The notes under the pieces: generated by a model | Told to the model about the DNA's origin: nothing | What the model saw: only the letters and a program-made list of their open reading frames with translations | The model's database searches: none | Position numbers and translations under genes: made by a program | Assembly: GCA_054600435.1 (NCBI GenBank) | Contig: BAAIJX010000064.1 | Span: 62,001 to 114,591 of the forward strand | DNA: 52,591 nucleotides | Origin: Neophaeotheca triangularis | Taxonomy: Eukaryota | Direction: 5' to 3' | In this document: one piece after another, positions 9,317 to 21,361 of the stretch | How positions within the stretch are numbered: position 1 is the stretch's first letter | Layout: every line of letters starts with the position of its first letter

Positions 9317-11288
9317 GTTGGGTGGTGGTGATATTGGCGAAGCAAGGGATATCGCGGGACTTTTGTTGTTTGGCCTGAAAGGGTAACGCTAGCGAGAGGT
9401 CGAGAACGCTGCTGCTCAGAAAACGGCGTTGTTAGTCAGATGGTCGTGCATGAGTGGGGGAAAGAAGTGAAGATTGACTGATAGATAATGACTTGTATGG
9501 CTGCGGATATGTGGTGCGGTGACTGCTTTCTTGCAGCTTTCACTCTCCCTCTCGGCCAAGGTAGGAGGGTGAAAAGATGATGATGATGATGGCAGGGCTT
9601 CTGTACCTTTGTTTGCGGCTGCCAGCAGCGTCGCAAGCGTGACTTTGTCACACGTAGATGCTTGTCCGTGTGTAATGTGTCTCTGTCTCTTGTGCAAGCC
9701 CGTGACCCGCAGACAGACGTTTTGACTTCAAAATCAACAACGCAACCCACACGACGCTACGAATGTCGTCCGACTAGTCTGATATCCGCGCCTGTCCTAG
9801 AAGATGGCAAGTCGCAAACACCGCACCGGTATCCACTGACAACTGCCGCGGTGGATTCGAGGGTGCTCGCTCGTCTTTGTCTGGTCCAATTAAATTCGCT
9901 TTGTTGTAGCGAGCCGAGAGCCGGAAGTTGGTGTGGAATGCTCTGGTTGTTTCAAATTACAAGCTGTCGATGGCTGGGAATCGGTCGGGCAGCGGAAGAC
10001 AAGAGATTGAGGGATGCCAGGAGTCGTGGCTGGTGGGTGGGTGGTCAAGGAATGTGGGAGAAAAAGGAAGGTAAGAGGTGGGTTTTGAGAAAGCGAATGT
10101 TAGGCTGCCTGAGGATTAGTATGGAGAAAGAGTGTGTGTGTCGGCGGTGGTGGTGGTGGTGGTGAAGGCGACGGTGAGGTGAGGTGAGGTGAGGTTGGAA
10201 AGGTAGTAGTTCGTCGTGTAGTAGTAGTAGTGGTGTTGTTGTCGCTAGACGACTCGCGACCGACGGCGGCAGCACGCCTGACCCTGACCCTTTCTTCACA
10301 CCCGACACTTTCAACCTTAAGGCACCTTAACCCCCAAGGTTGACTTTGACTCGGGTGCCTGAACTAATCCCCCTTTGGACTTTAGCTTTCTCTCGTACCT
10401 GCAGCCTCGCATAAGCCGCCCGCATCCCGCAAAACCCTATCTAATTGGTCTGTCGTGGCTGTCACGTGTCTCGAGAAGACCACGGGGGCACGAAACGGTT
10501 AGAAAAAGAGAGCATCCTGAATCACCACCCATCAGTTCATCAATCTGCCATATTTTCGCTACAACCATAGCTTCTTCAAGTCACCAAGCATGTAGAATTG
10601 AGAGACGTGGTAAAGAGAGCAAAGGAGAAAACTCTTCGCCGAGAGAGTGAGACACGCGCGCCGGCAGCTACCGACTCCGCCTGACCTGCACTCTCGCTTC
10701 AACATTAGGGCAGGGCGTAACAACAAAGGAGTACCTGCCTACCTAGGTAAGGAAGTAAATCACTACAGCAAGCCGCACCTCAAGACCTCCTAGCGATCCA
10801 TCCAACCCATCGCCATCAACTACAAAAAAAGCAACAGGCCTCGAACAACATCCACCCATCTCTCAAAGTGCATGCACCCAGATAGGTTATCCAATACGAA
10901 AATCCGTTCAAAATCAAGGTATCGCTTAAAACCCAGCTGCCCACGGACGGCTTTACCACTAATTTTGAGACAACGGCGGCAAATCTCGCCATCTCCAGTT
11001 CATGTCGTCCCTCGGCGCGCTCGTCTCAGGCTTCGAAGCGACGGGCGGTTCTGATCATTGGCTTGGTTGTAGACAGTACTAGGAGAAAAAGAAAAAGAGA
11101 AAGAGAGAAAGTCTGCAATCATCGTCCGGTCGGTCGGTCACAAACGGAGTACTACACTACCTAGGTACTTTGTGCAAGGCAAAGTACATAAGGTAGTAGC
11201 TGTCTGGACTCAGATTGTGAGAAGGTCGTGGCAAGTCGCCGACTCTGAAAACCGATCAAAGACGATGCGAACAGTTGAAATGTTCAGG

Positions 11289-11340
11289 GTTTTTGGTTTT
11301 TGGTTTTTGGTTTTTGATTTTTTGATTTTGATCGTTTGAT
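11289..11340. repeat. Degenerate (TTTTTGG/TTTTGA)n tandem repeat
   Basis: Read directly, downstream of the GH16 gene. Confidence 0.8.
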
Positions 11341-11533
11341 CCTTTTGATCGTTCAATCGAGAGAAAGTAACAAGTCGAGGTGGCATCCCGGTCTGTAGCC
11401 ATCGACCACCCAGCTCCTAATGCGACCCAACCCAGTCGACCAGACCGAGCGGAAACGCACAAAAGCGCAGAAGAGGATATATAAGAGAAAAGAAAAAGTA
11501 AAAAGTCGTGAGAACCCCTCCAACCCGCAAAAC

Positions 11534-12864
11534 CTAAAATCGACCCCCCTCAACCTCCCTAGCCCCAACCCCGACCCCTCCTTCCTTGCCAAACCCCCCG
11601 CTCTTCATCTGCACCCTATACATATCGAAATCGGCTCTCTCCTTCTCCCAAGCCTGGTCCGCAGCCTGGCGTTCCGCTTTGCCCTTGCGGCGTTGAGTGA
11701 TGCAGACAAAAGTCCAAGCGACGATGCAGCAGGCCACGAAGCCGAGGACGCCGCAGGCGATGCCGATTTTGGCGCCTTTGCTTAGCCCGGACCATTCTTC
11801 GGTTGCTTTTTCCGTCGTGGATTTGCGGTGGATGGCTTTGTAGGCTTTGGATTCGCCGCTGGAGGAGGGGAGGGGGTTAGTGTTTGTTGGGGTTGTGTTT
11901 TGGGTTTCAGGAGTTGTGAAGGGGGGGAAATGGAGGTGGACTTACTCTACAGGCTCGATGCTCTCGTAGCTGCCGCTTTTGTCGGTGTAGAGGTATTCGC
12001 TAGTGTTGGTGTGGCCGTCGGTGACTTTGATCGAGGCAATGGTCATGGTGAAAGGGCTGTCGAAACGACAAAGTCAGCATCGCCATTCTCATCCACATCA
12101 CGACCCAGATCCGCAACCGCAAACTCAGAAAAAGAACAGACTCACCCCTTGTCATACTCCGTCTCACCCCCAGCCCACTCAATCGTGCCCTCATTGTTAT
12201 CCGGGTCACCACCAGCCCAAAGCCCCAGATTCACATAACTCGGCGTCTGCGGATACTCGCCAGCAGGCGCATACCCAACCTCCCTCACCACCTCCCCATC
12301 CAGCAACCAAATCAACTTATCCTCAGTCCACTCGATTCCATAAGTATGGAAGTCCTCCTGCGGCGCCGCACCCTGCACATCATGATACTCGCCAAAAAGC
12401 TGATCCAAATCCCCCTTGCCATAATAATTACTCCCAGCACTGGTCCCATTGGCCCCGAAAATCTCCCAATCAATCTCATCCAAATCATCAGACAGCAGGT
12501 TAAGGGTGGAAATGACACCGCGGCCAGGCGCGGCGCGCATCTTGACTTCCACGCTGCCGAAGAAAATGTAAAAAGCCGTCTTCACCGTCACCGAGTCGCC
12601 GTGCTTGAGGATGCTGAAGTGCATGCCTTCGTCGTCGAAGTCGATGAGGGAGCGGTCGCCGCTGATGCCCGCCGTGACGTTCCAGAGGTCTTTGGAGAGC
12701 TCGTGGTCCGAGGCGTCCCAGGTTTTGTTGAAGTCTGTGCCGAGCGCGGGTGGGTTTGGGCAGTTGTCTTCTTTGGTTGGGTCGCATTCGAGGAAGGCGG
12801 AGGTCTGGGCTAGGGCGAGGGGGGCTGTGAGGAGGACGGGGAGAAGGGTGGTTTGGAGACGCAT
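11534..12864 (-). CDS. GH16 Crh-family chitin-glucan transglycosylase with C-terminal TM helix; exons 12864-12146, 12056-11946, 11858-11534
   Basis: Signal peptide, CDPT..CPNPPALG, catalytic DLDEIDWE, FHTYGIEWT, PQTP..LGLWAGGD..GTIEWAGG, then a hydrophobic IGIACGVLGFVACCIVAWTFVCI segment and a basic cytosolic tail. Confidence 0.9.
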
Positions 12865-13403
12865 TTTGGCGAGGTCTTTGGGACTGGGTTTGAAAGTTGG
12901 TTTTTGCTTTGGCGTTTTCGGTTGTTGTGTGTTTTTCTTTTTATTCGGTAGATCGAGGACCAGCCCCGGGTATTGTCGCTAAAGGAGTGTGTTTGTGTGT
13001 TGGTTTGCAAAGGAAGCAGCGCAATTGGCAGTTTTCAAGTGGTAAAAGAGTGACGAAGGTGAAGCTGACCTTCACAGCACAAGCTCTCAGATTCGGCGGT
13101 GGCTTGAGTGGAATGAGTGACTGCGAGACAAGATCGCGCTTCGTGAAGTGAGGGGGGGCCCAATGACAATGTTTTAAGGGGTAGTTTGACGCTCGGACCA
13201 TGTGTTTCACCTTTATCTCGCGCCGAGCCTCTCGGCGCTTGTTCCTGCAGCGGCCCGTAAAGTGCCCTGGGTTTTCGTCCAATCATTGCTGCGGCGCTAG
13301 ATGTTTTGTTCCTGCAAGTGACTTCGCTTTCACGAGAGGATCCCACATCGCCCTCGCAATCTTCACCATCCAAGAGCCCGAGCGTCCCTATCTCCACAAT
13401 CAT

Positions 13404-15946
13404 CTACCCCTGCACTTCCACCCTCCTCTCCAGAACCTGCCTAGCCACGCCCTCCGCCATGTTCTCGAGCCCAAGCGCATCCAAAGCCTCCCTGGCACTC
13501 TCATTCGATCTAAAAACCATCCTCTCAACCTCAAAAAGCCCCAAGGGCCTGTCCTTTCCTACATCCGCACCGTCCTCTTGCACACTCGTGGCATCTTCCT
13601 CCCAGGCCGAAGCTCCGTCGTCTTCATGCCCTTGGCCCTGCACGCCCGGCACTTCCCTTTGGATCTCGCTGCGTACGGGTAACGCGAGCAACGTCACGGC
13701 TTCTACCAGCCCTCGCAGTCCTGTCTCCACTGCTCGTGATCCAGCGAAACGCACGAGGACTTGGCTTAGAGCGTCAACGTCGGTGCTGAGTTGCGCGGCT
13801 CCCGCTGTGGAGAAGTTGCTCCGCAGGACAAGATTGTCTAGTAGTGTTGATGAGAGAGCGGAAGTTGTGGCGCGGCTGAGACGCAGGAGAGGTGCGCGGC
13901 CGAGGGCTTTGGACAGGAAAGAGAAGGAGGACGTGAGGGTGGTGAGGCAGGGATCTAGCCCGCTGGAGGTGGAAGTAGAGCTTGAGGACGATGAGAGCGT
14001 CGCCCAGGTGTTTGTACGCAAGTACGGGCGAAGAGACTCCTGCAGTTGCTGGGTGAGTGTTTCCGTAAGGATTGATTCGGAACGCACGCGTAGACGCTGG
14101 TAAGCCGAGGCTGTCTCGTCAAAAAGGGCGCCTTGAGTGATGTCGTTGATTTCGTCCGAGGGTACGAGAGCTGCGCTGGTCTTGGCTTGGAGCTCCTGCA
14201 GTCCGCTTTCTAGTTTGCTGGAGATTGTGTCGCGGTTCCGGGCACGGAATTGCAGTTCCTCCCAGAGCTCGATGAAGAAAATGTCGTCGCTCCAGTCACG
14301 CATGGCGCGCTCGAGATAGTCTGCGCTGCCGAAGACACGGCAGAGGTAGTCGAGGCCCTTGACGCCTCGCAAGGCTTCTTGCTCTTCTTTTGTTACAGTT
14401 GAAAGCGTACGAGCGATGGGAGCTGTCTTGGCCATATACGCTTCGAGGCTCGAGTGCAGACGAGAATGGAATTGGTCGAAGATGGATATTTGAATGTCGA
14501 TCAGGAATCGGAGCTTCTGGCTAAAGCTTGAGAGCGGTTTGTAGCGATCGGTGATAGTTTCCATGAGGTCGTTGACCCGTATTGTCGCTTTACTTGGTTT
14601 GGTCGCCGTAGAAGAAACCGAGTCGTAATCGAGATCGTGGGAGTCGGTAGAGGATATGATGGCGTTGTAGCGGGAGAGGGCAAAGTCGCGCTCTACTGAC
14701 AACCACAGCGGGAAGTGCCCAAGAGTGTCGAGTAGATAGTGTGCTAGCCCCTGCCAAGGAAGCGAAGGAGAGGCAGGACTGTAAGCGTATGTCTCGTGAA
14801 GAACTGTGTCAAAGGCAATAACTTCGTGGACGAGATGGGAGAGGAGGTTCGGCTGCGAGGTCACTTGGGACGCGGTGCTGGCTAGCTTGCGGCGAATCAT
14901 GGGAAGAAGCGCTGTGACGAACGCCGACGTGGCGTCAATGTACGCCGGGACGAATGCGAGGTCCGTACCACGAAACCGCTGAACGAGTAGTCCTTGCAAG
15001 CTGTTTTGCACGAACTCCGAGTAGTTCGCTATGACATCCGTAGTATGCGTGAGAAAGTACTCTGGCTTGTCCAGTCGAGCGGTCTGCTTGTTCCCAGAGA
15101 AGTGATAGGCGAAGCGTTGTTCGAGCGGTTTGGCCATGACTTCCAAAGGTAGTAGCACAGGCTTATCAGTGTGTAGTTGACCATGGGAAGTAGCGTGTTC
15201 GAGACCTTCGAGCTCAGGCTTCTGCAGGTCCAAAAGCCTCCCAACATTCTTCTCCCATTCCTTTTGAAAGGCCAGAGGCACTGTAGCCGTGACTTTCGGC
15301 CACTCCATCTTCTTCAACGTCTTCTCAAGATCTTCTGAGAAGGAACGCTGAATGGTCTGGCGCAAGGCATACACTCTCTGTGCAATGTGATCCAGGAGAT
15401 GCGGCGCAGCACCCTCGGCAGCCTCTTGCAAAGGCCGAAGAGCATTCACAAGGTGCTGCAGTCGTCTGTAGGGTTCCAGAGCCGCTTCGTCTGACTTGCC
15501 CAGCTGCGACGTGCATTCCGAACATAACGCTTCCACCTCTTTCAGCAACTCCACGTAGCCTGCTGCGACGTCCAGCTTCCGAAGCCTTGCCATGCTGGCC
15601 TCGAACTTTTCCACCGCCTCATCGCTCGTCTCCGATTGCGTGACTATCAGTAGTCTGCGATCGATATCGCTCTGTTCTTTCCGGAAGGCATCTGCTTTAG
15701 CCTGGAGTTCGGAGACATGCTGCTGTGATTTTGTCTGCGCTTCATCGTGGTCTCGTCGGGCATCGTTGAGCTGTTGACTTTGTCAGAGTGCCTCCGGCCA
15801 ACAGCATGCTGGAGGAAGCTGTGGCATACCTGTTTCTTTAGGAGCTCCTGCTGTTCTTTCACATTGTCTAATAGAGAATCCAAGGTTTGCAGATCGGCCG
15901 CCGACTGGAGCTTGTCGTCCAGGTAGTCTCCAAGCCTGGCATCCAT
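13404..15946 (-). CDS. TIP20: RINT-1/Tip20 family Dsl1 tethering-complex subunit; exons 15946-15830 and 15770-13404
   Basis: RFAYHFSGNKQTARLDKPEYF motif, LLSHLVHEVIAFD, FLIDIQISIFDQF, NFSTAGAAQL..D; intron GTATGC..CTGAC..CAG restores the frame from MDARLGDYLDDKLQ. Confidence 0.9.
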
Positions 15947-16781
15947 GTTATTGATTTGAACACGCTTCCAGAGAAAGACGTATATGCCGCCGTACAGGTT
16001 GGTCCAGCAAGTTGTTCGTTGTACTCGTAGTCCCCAATCGGGCTTAGGTCCTTTCGAAGTCTTGGCATATGTGCATCCCAAAGCACTTTTGAGTTTGGAA
16101 ACAGCAACAACACCTCGACTCCAACATGGATGGCATCTCTCTCAACCTTTTGCCAATGGTCGAAACATGTTGCCTTGCGATTTGACGTCCCCATATTGTT
16201 GAGCTCGTCGAGTCTCGCTGGCTTCTGGTACGATACACAGGCCATTATGGTTCCAAACACTGCCCTTGCTGACCCCTGAATCAAGATGTCCCCATCACTC
16301 CAAAGTCTCGACCGAATAGATGGCGCGTTCGGATGTCCAAGTCATGAAAGTACGGGACGGTATAAGTTTGCAAGCCTGCACCAAAATGTGCAATGTTCGA
16401 GGTTTCCATTATATGCGGTTGGTTCACGGTTCGTTGAGCATGCGAGCTGCACATAATGCTGCATGAAGCTCTTGTGCAGTGACCCGCGCCAAGCTTCGTA
16501 CCTTCCTCTACGACCTCACCTCACTACATCAAAATCAGTCTCTCCTCCAAGTCAAGGTAGACATTCGTCCCTCGCTTTCTCTCTCACGCTCTCTCTCTCA
16601 CTCTCTCGCGCCTTGTGACTACGTAAGCAGCCGGCGACGGCGACTTTCAGCAAGCTTCCTCACTTCGGCTTCCGCTCTTCTCTTTTCCTTTCCTGTCTCT
16701 CTCTCCTCCTTCATCGTCACCTCTCCGCTGGCACCCGCAAGCAAACATCGCTCGCTAGGTGTTCCAGCAATAACCGCCGCC

Positions 16782-19700
16782 ATGGAAGTCTTCGTAACTT
16801 CCGTTCCTTTTCATGCCACCCGCATGCAGCTCGAAGACGCAGTGAGGCAGCCGCTGTCTCGGTATGGAATCCGCCGGTACTACGTCGACAAGGCTGCCGG
16901 TAAGGGTTTCGCAAACATCACCGTCTCGAACACCTTGGCCGGGTCACGCTTCCTCGCAATGCACGGCGTCGCTGCTCATGCTCGCGGAGCTCGTCCGGTG
17001 GAACAGCTGCTTTTCCAAGGTAGACCCGTCCGCTTCACACTCAGTAACCGCGAGCCGGACAGCTGGACGCTTGAGGCGCTCCGACTTGAAGAAGATGCAC
17101 TGGCAGCTAAACGCGAAGTGGCATCGAACAACATTGTCACATCCAATGCAGCCCAGCAAACCCGTTATCCAGTGCGCGGCATGCAATGTGGCACTTGGGA
17201 CTTCCGTCACACCGATGGTCGACTGGTTTTCAATACATACTACACGGATCGCAGAGAGGGTGCTGTCATCATTGGCAAACAGGAGGCTCTCGTGATCCTC
17301 GAGTCGGGAGACGGCTTTCAACATCACGTTCGCTTTTTCTACCACCAATGCGACAATATAACTTTCGGCGATACCTCTGAACCCGGCATCTACTTCACCT
17401 TTTCCATCCTCCCCAAATTCTACAAGGTCGAGACCGAAGATGTCTTGGCATCTCGCATGGCTGCCATGGGGATCTTGGGCACCAAAAGCACAGCAAAATC
17501 CAAACAAAGGGTCACTAGCGTTGACGAAGAGCACAGCAAATTTGTCGGTACTTCTATGGTGTACAGGGTCCGACTGGCCAATCACGCCCATTTCAATAAA
17601 ATCGCGCCCTTGCTCAAGGCAATGCCTCGAGTGGCCCCAAAGTTGGTCAACACTCACGTGGTCACGTCTTCACCACGAGAGACACCCACCGACAGCTTTT
17701 CCCGCCTGTACTACGAGCTTTCCGATGTCAACAGATCTGGGCATCTTCCTTTCGCAATCCTCTTTCAGGTCGAGAAACTTGCTCGCAACGGGATTCTTCC
17801 CCCACGTAAGGTCATGGCCTTGTTGGGTTGTGTCGCAATCCTTCACAAGTCTGCCGGCCAGGACGCCACCGCTACGGCTCTCCAGCAGATATCTAAGCAG
17901 CTCAAGCCGGCTGGTCATGACTTTGAGATGACTGCAGAGGCTTACACCGTCCAGTCTCTCGAAAAGAGGTTGCAGCAATTTGCGGCGGCTTACGATCATT
18001 CTGTTGTGCAGAAGAAATACGAGCTCGCCAAGCGTATTAGCCATATAAAGCTAATTCACAGAATCATCGTTACGCCGACCACGATAAGACTCACTGGTCC
18101 GGAACCCGAGCCTACGAACCGCGTGCTAAGGAGATACGAAGACAACCCTGACTGTCTGGTCCGCGTAGTCTTTCAAGACGAGGATGGAGGCCCTGTGCGC
18201 TACGACGGACGTGTTGATCAGCACGCAATCTACCACGATCGTTTCAAGCGAGTCCTCGACAAGAACATCACCGTTGCCTCCCGCGCCTTCCACTTCCTCG
18301 GTTTTTCGCACTCTTCGCTGCGTTCCCAAGCCTGCTGGTTCATGTCGCCTATCGCCCGCGAGGGATCTCTGTTCTATGCGCAGCACATTGTCAAAGAGTT
18401 GGGAGACTTCACGAACATCAAGATCCCTGCCAAGTGTGCTGCTCGAATTGGCCAAAACTTCACTGACACCAATGCCTCCATAGATGTCGACTTCTCGAAA
18501 GAGGTTGGGGGACTGTTGCCCGTAGAGCGTAATGGCTACGATTTCAGTGATGGTGTAGGCACAATCTCCCAGAAAATGCTTGAAAAAGTATGGAAGAAGT
18601 ACGGTGCTCAACGTCACATCAATCCGACTATCCTTCAGATCCGTTACAAGGGCGCCAAAGGTGTTGTGTCCCTCGACTCACGTTTGCAGGGCTCACGCCT
18701 ACTGCTCCGTGAGAGCATGGTCAAGTTCGAATCGAAAGGTGCGACTAACCTCGAAATCTGCGGCGCTGCTTCCAAACCGCTGTCTATGTATCTCAACCGT
18801 GGGTTGATTAAGATTTTGGAAGACCTGGGTGTCCCGAAAGAACGCTTCCTCACTCTGCAGAAGGCGGCTTTCGACAAGCTCAGGGCCATGACGAGCGACG
18901 GTAGCCGCGCTGCAAAGCTGCTCGAGGACAAAACGGGTACCAGATCGACCAGGATGCCGGGTATGCTTCGCATGCTTCATGAGATTGGCCTCGAGTACTA
19001 TCAAGATGAGTTCCTCTTCAAAACTGTCGAGATAGCTGTCGTCTCGAGCCTGCGGGAACTCAAGTACCGTGGGCGCATTCCGGTGGAAAGCGGCGCGACT
19101 CTGTTCGGTATCATGGATGAGACGGGCACGTTGAAGGAAGGCGAAGTCTTTGTGATCTTTGCAAAGCTACCTGGCGGTACGAAAGAGGTACTCGTCAAGA
19201 ACCACATCGTGATCACGCGCTCCCCAGCCCTTCATCCCGGAGATGTCCAAATCGTCAATGCTGTCAACGTGCCCACTGACTCTCCGTTGCAAGATTTGCA
19301 CAACGTGGTGGTGTTCAGCCAGTTTGGAGATCGTGACTTGCCCAGTCAGCTCAGTGGAGGTGATCTCGACGGCGATACCTACCACGTTGTTTGGGAGGAC
19401 AAACTGATTCCGCAATACACCGTCACGGCGGCAGGGTACCCGCGCATGCGACCAGTAGAGCTCGACCGTGAGGTTACGCAAAGCGACATGTCAGACTTCT
19501 TTGTCACCTTCATGGAAACTGACCAGCTAGGGATGATCTCAAACATCCACCTTCAGCTTGCAGATACCGAGCCAGAGGGAACACATTCTCGGGGCTGCAA
19601 GACCCTCGCTAACATGGCCTCAATCGCCGTCGACTATAGCAAAACTGGCATTCCCGTCGATATGGAGGACTGCCCAAAGTACAAGAGAGTGCGTCCGGAT

Positions 19701-20540
19701 TACATGGCGCAGTCTCCACGCTTGATCATCAACAGCGAAGGTCTCGACATCGAAGAGGACGACAACACCACCGACCGCGCCTTCGACGATATCGATGCAG
19801 ACAGAAGGCCCTTCCGCTACTACCCCAGCCAAAAGGCCTTGGGGCATCTCTACCGTGCGATCGACGAAAACCAGTTCCTCAGCGAGATGAAGCAAGACAA
19901 GAAGCACGCCACCGCCCTCACCACTGGCACCGACAGCCTCATGTCCCGCCTGTGGGAGTACCTCCAAAGCCAAGCGCACGACCTCGGCGTCACCTTCTCC
20001 CACCACCTCGACTTCGCAGCAGACATCCAAACCAGCTACCACGACAACCTAAAGAACGTGCTGGACGTCTACTCCCCCTCGCCCCACAGCCCACTCAGCG
20101 AGATCGAGGTCTTCTCCGGCAACATCCTTGGCCGCCAGGGAGGCGTCCAGGGCAAAGCTCTCCGCGAACTCAGCAACAGCATGCGCGAGGAGTTTGAGCG
20201 CGTGTGTACGTACGTTGTACAGCGCATCATTCGCGGTGACGAGGGTGGCAACAACCCTGCTGCATCTACACCGGTTCACGACGGCGATGGCGGGGATGAA
20301 AATGAGCTGCTGGATGAATTCGACCCCATGGCGCTGTATGCTTACGATGAGCGCGAGGTTGAGGCTTTGCCCAGGGCGTTGGCGTGTTTGCAGCTGGCAA
20401 TGAGCGAGGATGGCGGGAGGTACTTTGGGCGCTTCGGGAGCTTGGAAAGTTTTGGCTATCTGGCCGCGGGTGTGGCGTTGAGGGAATGGGAGCGGTATAG
20501 AACTGGTGTGGGCCTTGTGGGGGCTTTGCCAATGGCTTGA
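16782..20540 (+). CDS. Eukaryotic RNAi-type RNA-dependent RNA polymerase, probably RRP-3/RrpC clade; intronless
   Basis: Catalytic GGDLDGD; also FSDGVG.IS, QIRYKGAKG, RSPALHPGD, KCAARIGQNF, AVDYSKTG. FLGFSHSSLR and GPEPEPTNRVLR recall the RRP-3 type (from memory, not from a tree). Start ATG in gccgccATGG context at 16782. Confidence 0.93.
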   Translation: MEVFVTSVPFHATRMQLEDAVRQPLSRYGIRRYYVDKAAGKGFANITVSNTLAGSRFLAMHGVAAHARGARPVEQLLFQGRPVRFTLSNREPDSWTLEALRLEEDALAAKREVASNNIVTSNAAQQTRYPVRGMQCGTWDFRHTDGRLVFNTYYTDRREGAVIIGKQEALVILESGDGFQHHVRFFYHQCDNITFGDTSEPGIYFTFSILPKFYKVETEDVLASRMAAMGILGTKSTAKSKQRVTSVDEEHSKFVGTSMVYRVRLANHAHFNKIAPLLKAMPRVAPKLVNTHVVTSSPRETPTDSFSRLYYELSDVNRSGHLPFAILFQVEKLARNGILPPRKVMALLGCVAILHKSAGQDATATALQQISKQLKPAGHDFEMTAEAYTVQSLEKRLQQFAAAYDHSVVQKKYELAKRISHIKLIHRIIVTPTTIRLTGPEPEPTNRVLRRYEDNPDCLVRVVFQDEDGGPVRYDGRVDQHAIYHDRFKRVLDKNITVASRAFHFLGFSHSSLRSQACWFMSPIAREGSLFYAQHIVKELGDFTNIKIPAKCAARIGQNFTDTNASIDVDFSKEVGGLLPVERNGYDFSDGVGTISQKMLEKVWKKYGAQRHINPTILQIRYKGAKGVVSLDSRLQGSRLLLRESMVKFESKGATNLEICGAASKPLSMYLNRGLIKILEDLGVPKERFLTLQKAAFDKLRAMTSDGSRAAKLLEDKTGTRSTRMPGMLRMLHEIGLEYYQDEFLFKTVEIAVVSSLRELKYRGRIPVESGATLFGIMDETGTLKEGEVFVIFAKLPGGTKEVLVKNHIVITRSPALHPGDVQIVNAVNVPTDSPLQDLHNVVVFSQFGDRDLPSQLSGGDLDGDTYHVVWEDKLIPQYTVTAAGYPRMRPVELDREVTQSDMSDFFVTFMETDQLGMISNIHLQLADTEPEGTHSRGCKTLANMASIAVDYSKTGIPVDMEDCPKYKRVRPDYMAQSPRLIINSEGLDIEEDDNTTDRAFDDIDADRRPFRYYPSQKALGHLYRAIDENQFLSEMKQDKKHATALTTGTDSLMSRLWEYLQSQAHDLGVTFSHHLDFAADIQTSYHDNLKNVLDVYSPSPHSPLSEIEVFSGNILGRQGGVQGKALRELSNSMREEFERVCTYVVQRIIRGDEGGNNPAASTPVHDGDGGDENELLDEFDPMALYAYDEREVEALPRALACLQLAMSEDGGRYFGRFGSLESFGYLAAGVALREWERYRTGVGLVGALPMA

Positions 20541-21361
20541 GAGGGAGATGAGAGACTAAGGGAATGACGTGATGTGGAAGCTGTTGTGACTGGCTGATGG
20601 TGATCGTGAGGATGATAGTAGTTAGCAGACTGACCTGTGTACTCAAGACGATATGAGAAGATTGCTCGAACATTGATCATCCGGTTGTCAGAGCTGCCAG
20701 TAACGCAATTCACCCCGTTTTTTTGGCCTCTTAACCTACTAAATAGAGGCTGTATTGACTCCACCAGTTTGAAAATGACTCCGACAGTCCGGAGATGACA
20801 CGACCAGTCCGAAAATAAACATCGGCTTCAAGCTCCTATACATCCCGTAGCGACAACAGCGAAGCAGCGCCAACTCCGGAATGAATTTGGGAAGGAGATT
20901 TGACTGTTTTGCCACTGCGGCTGTGAGCTGCGCTCGTACTGCCGCTGTCCAGTCTGCTTGCGCGGTTGATTCGACAGGGCCATGCACATCGTAGAACAGG
21001 CATTGTGCGAATGTATCGCACTCTTCGCATTACCGGATCTTGTAGAGGATCCACAAATTCTGCTTAAGCTTCCCCGGAAAGATCGCCCATGAATCCGGAG
21101 TACAGAATCGGCTCTGGGGTTGATTAGGGCACAAGGATCAACTACATCACCTACCTGAGGTGGCGCTCCGCACCATCCGCACTTTTGGCCTACGGGGGAG
21201 ATGGAATAAAGTCTCAGATCAAGCGGCAGAAGCGGTAGCCGACTTCAGCGTTCTGGATGAACGGAGCAGAGTGGTTCGAGCAGGTGTCCTCGAAATTGCG
21301 GCGTCGCGAGTTCACCTGCGATCGTTTACGTCAGTCTCGACGTGCGAGCCCTCGGTATATC

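Noticed and set aside
16782..20540. RdRP as an endogenous viral element
   Set aside because: It has the cellular DLDGD double-psi-barrel motif, not the viral GDD palm motif.
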